Both the position numbers and the translations under genes were made by a program. Below, piece after piece: positions 56,452-64,000 of a DNA stretch of 64,000 nucleotides; the first letter of the stretch is position 1, and the number at the start of each line of letters is the position of its first letter. The stretch comes from Abditibacterium sp. (lineage in GTDB: Bacteria; Armatimonadota; Abditibacteriia; Abditibacteriales; Abditibacteriaceae): NCBI GenBank assembly GCA_965199495.1, contig CBDASK010000003.1, forward strand, positions 4,224,001 through 4,288,000, written 5' to 3'. Under the pieces are notes generated by a model that worked only from the letters and a program-made list of their open reading frames with translations, did not search any database and was not told where the DNA came from.

Positions 56452-57975
56452 TTAGTCCTCCAGTTGGGTCGCGCGTCGAGGGCGCGCGGTTGTCGCGGTC
56501 GTGGGCGCACTGCCCAGAGCGCGGTCGTATTGGTAAACGCCGGGCGCGCTCGCCGAGATGAAGCGCCCGCTCGCTCCCGCGCGCAACGCCTCGACTTGAT
56601 CGGCGGCACTTCTCGCCACGGGCACGATGTAGGCGGCGGCTTCTTCGACGCCGATGCTCAGGCGATAGGCCAGCTCGCAACATTGCTTGATTTCGGCGCC
56701 CGTCCAGTTGTCGTCGCCCTTGATGCCATCCGCGCAGGGGATCTCATATTTGCGGGCATAAAGTGCCCAGATCGCGGCGCGTTCGTCGGGCGTTGGCAGA
56801 TCGAAGAAAAACGTGCCAAATGTAAAGCGGCGCCGCAATTCGGGCGACAGAACCGAGAGCGAGTTGCAGGTGGCGAGAAAGAGTGTGCGGCCTCCGGCGA
56901 TGGCTGAAATCACTTTGAGCGCGCCGCGCAGTTGCTGCTCCGATTCGCCGACCAGACTGCCCTTCATGGCGCCAAAATCGAGCGCGACAGTCGGAATGCC
57001 CGCTTCGTTGCCGGTTGCCTTGGCTAATAGCGATTTTGAAGTGCCGGGTGGGCCGATGCAGATGATGCCGGTCGCGTTATTGTCCTGCATCCACGAAAGC
57101 AAGGTGCCCTGCTGATCCTGCGCGACGCCCGACGTATCGCCGCCCCCGCTCGCGCCCGCCAGCGCCTTTTCGATTTCGTCAATGAAGACGATGGCACGCG
57201 GTGGCTCCGCTCCGCCGATCACACGCGAGAGAAAAGTTTTGATGTTTTCCAGTCCGCCGATGCCCGCGAACTTTTCGTCACCGCGCCACACAGAGAGACC
57301 CGGTGTCGCTTCGATGGTCTGGCGCTTGCGCTCCCACAACGCGGGTAAGTCGAGGCCATTTTTAGTCAGGCTCATCGCGCTGACCTGCTCGGCGGGAAAC
57401 TGTGCCAACCCCAAGAGCGCCGAAACCGCGCCCGTTCGGGCGTCGCCTTTGGGCAAAGGCAAACCCGCGTCTTCGTGCGCCGCGTCCACCAGCTTTTCCA
57501 ACTGCGCGCCGTCGGGCAAAGGCTCGTCGAGCAACAGAACATCGTTGCAGAGTTCGGCGGGTAACGAGAACGAAGGCCCCAGCATCACGAGGGTGCGGCG
57601 ATTGGAAGCGAACGGATCGCGCAGGTTGCAAACCGCTTGAATCGCCTTGAGCGCCTCGCCCCCTTGCAGAACACGCGGCGCATTGTGCAGAAACAGGATC
57701 GCGCCCGCCTCCAAACGCAGCGCGCTCGCATAAGCCGACACCGGATTCGCGGAAAACTCGATGTCGTCGGTGCCCAATTGTGCCAGTGCGCCCGCGCCCG
57801 CATCGTTGAGAGGAGTCAGTCCGCGCACTGCGTCCCACTGCGTCAGGGCAGGCGCGTTTCCGTTGAGCGACTGCGCGATATGGGAGATCGTGGCGGTCGG
57901 GTCGGGCGTGTTGATCGCGATGAGAGGAACACTCACGCGGCGCGCCGCTTTGAATTGTGTCAGCAAGGCGGACAT
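56452..57975 (-). CDS. AAA+ ATPase (Ycf46-like, permuted motif order)
   Basis: FIDEIEKA, GPPGTSKSLLAK, ATCN, PELRRRF, WTGAEI. Confidence 0.88.
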   Translation of the reverse strand: MSALLTQFKAARRVSVPLIAINTPDPTATISHIAQSLNGNAPALTQWDAVRGLTPLNDAGAGALAQLGTDDIEFSANPVSAYASALRLEAGAILFLHNAPRVLQGGEALKAIQAVCNLRDPFASNRRTLVMLGPSFSLPAELCNDVLLLDEPLPDGAQLEKLVDAAHEDAGLPLPKGDARTGAVSALLGLAQFPAEQVSAMSLTKNGLDLPALWERKRQTIEATPGLSVWRGDEKFAGIGGLENIKTFLSRVIGGAEPPRAIVFIDEIEKALAGASGGGDTSGVAQDQQGTLLSWMQDNNATGIICIGPPGTSKSLLAKATGNEAGIPTVALDFGAMKGSLVGESEQQLRGALKVISAIAGGRTLFLATCNSLSVLSPELRRRFTFGTFFFDLPTPDERAAIWALYARKYEIPCADGIKGDDNWTGAEIKQCCELAYRLSIGVEEAAAYIVPVARSAADQVEALRAGASGRFISASAPGVYQYDRALGSAPTTATTARPRRATQLED

Positions 57976-58457
57976 TATTTGACCTCCTTGTGACCAAAAC
58001 AGGCCACGCTACCGAAGGGCGTTGAACTTCCGCCAGCGTATCGCAGCATCTGGCGCACCGTTTCGGCGGCCTGATTCTGGACGACAATTAACATGGGGTC
58101 TTCTTCGCCCACGAAATTCAACGTCCACAGATCGGCGCCTTTCTCTTCGTCCAAGTTAAGACGATCAATCACCGAGTTATAAATGAGAGTTCCGTGAGGA
58201 TTCAGGCCGAGCAACACGCACACATCGAACGGGTTCTCGATGAAGCGCACGCCCTTCATTCCACCAACGGCATCAAGCAGTGATTCGCTTCCATCGCGCT
58301 CGGCCTCGCGGTCATAGGCCACGACGTAGCGCTCGAACTCGGCGCGCAAAGAATGGGGCAGATTAGCCAACTCGCGCACGAAGCGCGGCAGGAAGACCGG
58401 CGACAAAACGGGGGCCGAAGTGGGTTCGGCGGGAAAGGGGGAGGAAAGTGTTTGCAT
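57975..58457 (-). CDS. Hypothetical protein, first gene of the leftward early operon
   Basis: AAGGAG RBS before ATG 58457. Confidence 0.6.
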   Translation of the reverse strand: MQTLSSPFPAEPTSAPVLSPVFLPRFVRELANLPHSLRAEFERYVVAYDREAERDGSESLLDAVGGMKGVRFIENPFDVCVLLGLNPHGTLIYNSVIDRLNLDEEKGADLWTLNFVGEEDPMLIVVQNQAAETVRQMLRYAGGSSTPFGSVACFGHKEVK

Positions 58458-58481
58458 AAGAGAGCGCTCCTTTGCGCCTAA

Positions 58482-58550
58482 TTGTATATCAATGTTGATA
58501 CACAACATATTATAAGACCTTTGACGGAGACTAACAAGGTTGATATACAA
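58482..58550. promoter_or_regulatory. Divergent promoter/operator region
   Basis: TTGTATATCAA-TG-TTGATACACAA (58482-58505) and TTGATATACAA (58540-58550) in an AT-rich gap between divergent genes. Confidence 0.7.
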
Positions 58551-58571
58551 AGAATGGAAGGAATTTTATTT

Positions 58572-58799
58572 ATGGCCAATCCCAAGAAAACCGAATCGAA
58601 AAAATCGACCGAATTGCTGCACGTTCGGATGTCCCCCGAATTCAAAGCGAAGATCAAAGCCACCTTTGAGGCAGGCGTCCCCAGGAAGAACCGCGCCGAG
58701 GATGAAGAGGAGAACTACGAAAGCATCGCCCACTGGATTCGCTCGCTCCTCCAAGAAGACATCAAACGCGCCGAGCGCGAGAAAAAACGCTCGAACTAA
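58572..58799 (+). CDS. Ribbon-helix-helix (Arc-like) repressor candidate
   Basis: LLHVRMSPEFKAKIK...SIAHWIRSLL; lone divergent gene. Confidence 0.65.
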   Translation: MANPKKTESKKSTELLHVRMSPEFKAKIKATFEAGVPRKNRAEDEEENYESIAHWIRSLLQEDIKRAEREKKRSN

Positions 58800-59671
58800 A
58801 CCGCGATACCGCAATTAAAAAACGCGGTGTCGCATTACTTTTCGCCCAGCACCTCCCGGATGGATTGATCGATGCGCGCGAGCGGCTCTGCCCGTTTGGC
58901 GCGCTCGGATTTGAGGGCATGAAGCACGAGCGGCACGATATACCGGCTGTCGCCGCAGTGCCCATAGGTCGAAAGCATCGCATCTTCGGGCGCCTGGGCG
59001 CTGGCGATGCAGACCACGTTGCCGATCCGATGGCGCCTTCTCACTTCGACCATCTCCTCGAAGAACGCGTCCAGCGCCGCTTTTGCCGCTTCATCCGACG
59101 GATAGGGCGCGTCCATCTCTTCGTAGAGTTCGGGGTTTGGTTCTGATTCCATAGCTTTAGATCTCCTGTTGATTTTCCACAGGCAATGTCGATTCCTTCC
59201 AAAATGCGACTTCATCGCCGCCGATGCCCACGCCGCCAAAGCCGCCGCCGCGTCTGGGCACGTTTGTCCAACCCCTGCCGTCCCACAGCAAAATCGAAAC
59301 GCGCTGATTCTGCTTCGGCGGCGTGAACATCGAAATCCAGCCCTGCGCCAACAAACTTTCGCGTTCTTTTATCAGCCCTTCGAGTTCCGCGCGGGTCAAA
59401 TCGTCTAACATTTTTTGTCCTCCTTGATTTCGCTCAGTTCTATTTTCCAGTGCGGAGGTTTTTCGTAGTTGTGACACTCCACACCTGTGATACGACGGGT
59501 CAGAGTAGCGCCCGTCAGAAATTCGAGAGGGGATATATTGCTCCAAAATCACTTCGTCGCCGACGGCGAATTCTGTTTCCGAAGTCGAAAAAACGATGGC
59601 GGGCGAGTTTTGCTGAATGTAGCTGAAAAATTCAGCATCGGCGTGGGTGCGGTGAGTGGTCAGGTGAGTGG

Positions 59672-60169
59672 TCATAAGACGGTCTCCAATTCGCGTTGAA
59701 AACCGACGGCATCGAGCGCACCCGATTTCCACATCTTCTCGATTTTGTCAGCGCGGTTCACATCGACTTTGAACTCGCGTAACACGCCGCAAAAACCGCA
59801 AACCGCGAAATCAAACGCCAGATCATTTGCGGTAGCGAGTAGTTCAGCCGCGATTTGTCGGGCTTGCTCTAATGCCGCCTGTGGTTCGATCACGCGATGC
59901 GCCCGCGCCCGTTTATGCAACGTCGCGCAGGCTTTGTCTTTCGCGCGTTTGGGTTCTTCACGCGCGTGAGGATCGGACGTGTTGCGCTTATAAATTTTGG
60001 CCGCGTCCGCCAGGCGTTTTTGCAGCGGCGGCGCCAGCATATTCCAGTGCGTCGCGCAAAACGAGGTCGCCGTCGTGTTTTCGCAATTCGGCAGCGCGCA
60101 CTTTGGCAACGTTGATGTTTTTGGTGTTTGCATATTGAAACTTGGAACTGACGGGACTCGAACCCGCAT
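59672..60169 (-). CDS. Hypothetical protein (true start probably MQTPK)
   Basis: CALPNC...FCATHW. Confidence 0.5.
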   Translation of the reverse strand: MRVRVPSVPSFNMQTPKTSTLPKCALPNCENTTATSFCATHWNMLAPPLQKRLADAAKIYKRNTSDPHAREEPKRAKDKACATLHKRARAHRVIEPQAALEQARQIAAELLATANDLAFDFAVCGFCGVLREFKVDVNRADKIEKMWKSGALDAVGFQRELETVL

Positions 60170-60216
60170 CTACCGATGGTCTAATGCCACCTGCCTCGCC
60201 GTTGGGCTACAGTTCC
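60143..60216 (-). tRNA. tRNA-like gene with atypical anticodon loop (CATTAGA; anticodon position TTA)
   Basis: Perfect acceptor GGAACTG/CAGTTCC, TAGCCCAACGG D arm, anticodon stem GGTGG/CCATC, T arm GCGGG-TTCGAGT-CCCGT. Confidence 0.7.
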
Positions 60217-60255
60217 GATTGGCTGCGGTGAGAATCGCACTCGCAACGTCGATGC

Positions 60256-60489
60256 TTAACGTTTTCTCGAACGCTTCAATTTGTTGCGATTGTGGCATGA
60301 GTTGCATTCGCTTCCCAGTCCGTCGTGTTGTGAGGCATTGTTTCTGAAAAATGCTTTAACCACGAACGCGGAGCAGGCGTAACACCATTTGCGTCCGCCA
60401 GTGCGCTCGCTGGCATATTCTTCCAGCGAGATGCCGATATTGCGCGCTGCCACTTTCCACACGCTCGGATATTTGGGTTGTTCATTCAT
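60256..60489 (-). CDS. Zinc-finger protein
   Basis: KWCYAC...DGLGSECNSC. Confidence 0.65.
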   Translation of the reverse strand: MNEQPKYPSVWKVAARNIGISLEEYASERTGGRKWCYACSAFVVKAFFRNNASQHDGLGSECNSCHNRNKLKRSRKR

Positions 60490-61361
60490 GATTTACGTTT
60501 TTGCGGGCGCGACAGCGAATTATTTTTCGGCCCGCATTTTTTGCGTTTGATCTGATCGGCTTTATGGCGCTCCTGATACTCGCGCCGTTTGTATTCGGGA
60601 TGGCGCCGGATCGCATCCCACTTGCGCTCTATCCCACGCGCCGCCACCTGAGAGACGATGTCGGCTTTGATAGCTTCGTTGCGCGCGCGCAGTTCGGCCT
60701 GGCGTTCCGGCGCGGCCATGCCGCTGAATTTGCGCGGCCAAACCCGGTCGCGCGCCAGTCCCTCGAACTCGCGATTGTCGCGGCTGGCCTCAAACCGCTC
60801 CAAAATGTAGGCGCTCTGCGCATCGTTGAAAGCCAAGCCCGCTTTAATACGTCCGCGTCGTTGGATTGGTGTGCATCTCTGCAAAGCGCGCGAAACCGTT
60901 GTGCGGTCGCGCACCAGAACTTCGTTATGCCCTCGCGCCAGCAAACATGCCCAGCCACGGCGATGAAGCCAAGATAGAACTTCTTTTGTGCCGGTCGGCC
61001 ACGTCGCGCGCAAAAACGCGCGCTCAAACTCCGAAAGTTCGCCGGTGCGATTCCCTTCGCTGGGAACCTGATGTCCGCCCTCGGTCAGCCTCCAACGTGA
61101 GCGGTTGAGCGCATCACTGCAACGCCGAAACAGGCGCGCGCGGCGCCGATGCCCGACTTTGGCGCAGAAGATAATCGGCGCGATTTCGTCCTGCTCGCGC
61201 GCCCACGCGTCGTAATCGTTCTCGCCCGGCATTTGCTCCGGTTCCATCGCCGCCACTAAATCGCGAATAGGCGCGAACTCGGTATCGGGCAGCAGCTGAC
61301 ACGCCGTGCAACGCAGACAATTTAGTCCGATGTTTTTCGCAATTGGCAAGGTCGGCATCAT
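60486..61361 (-). CDS. Hypothetical Cys-containing protein (paralog of 51829-52581)
   Basis: CLRCTAC...PIIFCAKVG, AFNDAQSA. Confidence 0.6.
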   Translation of the reverse strand: MMPTLPIAKNIGLNCLRCTACQLLPDTEFAPIRDLVAAMEPEQMPGENDYDAWAREQDEIAPIIFCAKVGHRRRARLFRRCSDALNRSRWRLTEGGHQVPSEGNRTGELSEFERAFLRATWPTGTKEVLSWLHRRGWACLLARGHNEVLVRDRTTVSRALQRCTPIQRRGRIKAGLAFNDAQSAYILERFEASRDNREFEGLARDRVWPRKFSGMAAPERQAELRARNEAIKADIVSQVAARGIERKWDAIRRHPEYKRREYQERHKADQIKRKKCGPKNNSLSRPQKRKS

Positions 61362-61707
61362 TTGGCCTCCACGGGCGTTTTTCCGTCAACTATCAACAAC
61401 ACTTCGTTTACAGGCCACGCATCGCACAGCGACAAACACGCGTCGGCGCGCTCACCCATCGTCACCCATAGCGTAAACACCATTAAGGCGATGGCTTCGG
61501 CGCCCGTCACCGGACGTGGACTCCAAGAGGGAAAAACGATCTTGTCTTTTAACTGCTTGGGCAATTCGTGGAACAGGTGAAGCGGCACCTCGCCATTGAG
61601 CGCATTGAGTTCCTGACGCAGTTGACGAAGTGTTACGCCGTCCATCGCGCGCAACCGAGGCAACACCGAGACGCCTTTCCATAAAACCTGAATTTGTAGC
61701 GCGTCCA

Positions 61708-62610
61708 TTATTCGACCTCCCAACGCGTGCGCAGCAGCGAAAATTTTGCGCCCTTGATGACATCGCACTTCACGATGTCGCGCCCTTCGCAAAACGCCGC
61801 CCAGCAGTGCGCCACGCCCAGCAACAGTAAACCGCGCTCGCGCCGCTCCGTTTCGCGCAGAAAGTAGAGTAAAGTGCGCCGCGCATCGCCCGCGCGCAAA
61901 CCGTCATCCGCCGCCATCGTCGCCCAAAATTCAATCGCCGTTTCGGGCGCCGCCCCGAAGGTCGCCAGCGCGGGCGCCATGACGGGCGCGTGCAGCAAAA
62001 GCGCGGCGTTTGGCGAGTTCTCTATTGCTTTGAAAAACTCCACGGCGGGCGCCAGCCACGGCTCTATCACCTCGGCCAGCGCGACGCGCGATTTGAGCAT
62101 GGGGAGATTTTTGTTCGTCAACGAGAAATCCGAAGCGATGATGCGAACCGCGCGATGCAGGGCGCCCACCTGCGATTTCAACAAATCTTCTCGTTCGCCC
62201 ACGCCCATCGCGACGAACGAATCGCTCGCGCTGCGATTGCGGATGTTGTCCTGCTCGGCATAATCGCGCGCCACATCCGCGTAAGTGGCGACTTTGACGC
62301 GCTCGACGCCAAATCGCACCGCTTGGCCGCTTTCGATAACCGCTTCCAAACGATGCTGACCGTTGGTCAAAAACCAGCGCATTTTCGGTTTGCCGTCCGC
62401 GCCCTTTTCGTCGCCGGGATAGCCAGTCAATCGAAGCGACGAAAAGCGCAGACGTTCGGCCTCGATCTGGCCGACCAGATAACAGACGTGGGCGCGCGAG
62501 AGAGTTCTTTGACCGTCGTAGCGAAAACGCACGAGCCACGACTTCGCCAGTTCGGGCGTGATGTCGTAGGTAACGGTATCGTCGTTTTTCAAAACTTCGG
62601 GAGAATTCAT
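61708..62610 (-). CDS. ParB-superfamily-like (xGQHR) protein
   Basis: ITPELAKSWL...QRTL...TNGQHRLEAV. Confidence 0.7.
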   Translation of the reverse strand: MNSPEVLKNDDTVTYDITPELAKSWLVRFRYDGQRTLSRAHVCYLVGQIEAERLRFSSLRLTGYPGDEKGADGKPKMRWFLTNGQHRLEAVIESGQAVRFGVERVKVATYADVARDYAEQDNIRNRSASDSFVAMGVGEREDLLKSQVGALHRAVRIIASDFSLTNKNLPMLKSRVALAEVIEPWLAPAVEFFKAIENSPNAALLLHAPVMAPALATFGAAPETAIEFWATMAADDGLRAGDARRTLLYFLRETERRERGLLLLGVAHCWAAFCEGRDIVKCDVIKGAKFSLLRTRWEVE

Positions 62611-63278
62611 GGCGTCACCTCGTCACCTTCGGAGCCGTCTCGCTGCACCGCGCGCCATAACGCACTCTGAAAAACGTCTTCCAGTTGCGGCATTTTCATC
62701 CAGTGCGAGGCGAACATTGAACCGACGCTCAGGCGAAAGGTGCAAGCTGTTGAATAAGAGGGCACAACGGCATTTGCCCACAAGTTGCCTTCGACATCTG
62801 TATATTCGCCGCGCACTAAAACCCATGATCCGCTCGGCACTTTCACGTTCATCCGATGCCAGTGGCCGAACTCCTCAAATTCTTCCGGAGTAGTTTTCCG
62901 GCGCTCTGGCCAACGCGTGCTTTCGACACTACCACAGAGCATCAAATGGTAATCGTCGCGGATGAATCGGCTCATATCGAGCAGAGGATAATCGCCGCGT
63001 AGTGCCTTGAAATAGGCGCGGTAGAGCGGACTGAACCACGCATCATCTCCGATGACAAACGCTTGGAAAAGCGCGGTTTCGACACCTTTAAACAGGTCGG
63101 GTGCCGCGCCGTAAAGGCGCGCGTTGGCGAGGCCGTGATGAAACGAATCGGGCGACTTGTCATTGTAAACCTTCGCCAGAACATCATCGCTCTGGCAAGT
63201 CGTAATGTAATAATTTTCGCCGGATTCAGTGAGTTCGACGCGCAAAGCCACGTCGGTGAAGGGTTTGATTTCGATCAT
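62607..63278 (-). CDS. Hypothetical protein
   Basis: ANARLYGAAPDL phage motif; coupled ORF. Confidence 0.6.
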   Translation of the reverse strand: MIEIKPFTDVALRVELTESGENYYITTCQSDDVLAKVYNDKSPDSFHHGLANARLYGAAPDLFKGVETALFQAFVIGDDAWFSPLYRAYFKALRGDYPLLDMSRFIRDDYHLMLCGSVESTRWPERRKTTPEEFEEFGHWHRMNVKVPSGSWVLVRGEYTDVEGNLWANAVVPSYSTACTFRLSVGSMFASHWMKMPQLEDVFQSALWRAVQRDGSEGDEVTP

Positions 63279-63667
63279 GCGGCCTCACCAAATAATCCCG
63301 CCCCGTAGAGCGATTGTTCTTCGAGTTTGTGCTGAACCTGCGCGAACATCCGTTGCGCCGCTTTTTGTGCGAACGTGGGCCACGCTGATGAATCGTGAAT
63401 TTCCTCGTATAAAACGCAGGGCGCGTTGAGAGAGCCGGAAATTTCGGCTTCGGCTTCAACCATCGAAATAAGCGTTTTATTAAATTTTTGGATGATGGAC
63501 ACGCGGCGAGAGCCTCTTTTATCAAACACCAGTTCGGACGCCATTAGCGTCTCGCCGATTTGGAATGGAACATCATTTTGAATGTGGAAAGTGACAGTCA
63601 ATTTATCCTCGATAAATTGAACCTGATGTTTTTGGTTGTCTCCTCGGCCCGTTTGGAATTGATTCAT
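63275..63667 (-). CDS. Hypothetical protein
   Basis: Coupled ORF. Confidence 0.55.
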   Translation of the reverse strand: MNQFQTGRGDNQKHQVQFIEDKLTVTFHIQNDVPFQIGETLMASELVFDKRGSRRVSIIQKFNKTLISMVEAEAEISGSLNAPCVLYEEIHDSSAWPTFAQKAAQRMFAQVQHKLEEQSLYGAGLFGEAA

Positions 63668-64000
63668 GCGGCCTCCATTTCGGCCCGCAACAACAGGCCG
63701 AGCGCCGGATTGAGCGTGTCGCCATAATTCTTGCGCCAGATCGTCAGCACGTGGCTGATGCCGCCCCGTAGAATGCCATCGGAATGGTTAAGTTCAATCG
63801 TCGAGGCTAACTTCGCCCACTGCGTTTCATCGAGAGGCACCGGCACCAAGGCGCCGCACAATTGCAACGAATCGTAGAGAGAGCCGAAACGGTTTTTGGG
63901 CAAAGCCAGCAAGTGATCAAAAGCGACTTTGGGAATCGGCTCGCCTTCGCCAAACGAAGCGGCCAGAGACAACGCACGGCGCGCGACTGTGTTGCCGTTT
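63664..64000 (-). CDS. Hypothetical protein, probably starting beyond the right edge
   Basis: Frame appears open to the window end. Confidence 0.5.
   Translation of the reverse strand, partial: NGNTVARRALSLAASFGEGEPIPKVAFDHLLALPKNRFGSLYDSLQLCGALVPVPLDETQWAKLASTIELNHSDGILRGGISHVLTIWRKNYGDTLNPALGLLLRAEMEAA

Larger units (their letters stand above)
1..64000. mobile_element. Tailed phage / prophage genome segment (HK97-type head, non-contractile-type tail)
   Basis: Terminase, portal, prohead protease, major capsid, tail tube, frameshifted chaperone, tape measure, lysis and replication genes in canonical order; no host housekeeping genes seen. Confidence 0.95.

Noticed and set aside
1..64000. 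Genome-wide stop-codon reassignment suggested by the UUA tRNA-like gene
   Set aside because: Core genes are full length in the standard code and use TAA, TAG and TGA as stops

Overview
The window is about 64 kb of a tailed (siphovirus-like, HK97-fold) phage or prophage, encoded almost entirely on the minus strand. Read right to left it carries: early and regulatory genes (RHH repressor with operators, AAA+/DUF1257/DUF2997 cluster); an intein-containing C5 DNA methyltransferase and a Dam-like methyltransferase; a replication initiator; two tRNA-like genes; a lysis cassette that includes a response-regulator receiver fusion; a 7-deazaguanine DNA-modification cluster (queD, queE, folE, QueC-QueF fusion, DpdA-like TGT, GNAT, ParB-like); terminase; a portal with a C-terminal metallopeptidase; a WHH nuclease toxin with SUKH immunity; prohead protease, major capsid, neck and tail genes. 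No integrase or host genes were recognised. The standout is in a plus-strand accessory island inside the tail module (~3900-9480): a catalytically intact, transposase-less TnpB whose 3' RNA scaffold ends in an anti-repeat (7297-7324) complementary to the repeats of an adjacent three-repeat, type I-E-derived CRISPR mini-array (7364-7514). This looks like a phage-borne TnpB-to-Cas12 intermediate with a tracrRNA/crRNA-like split. A solitary canonical I-E repeat follows it. All family assignments come from motif recognition by eye, not database searches.
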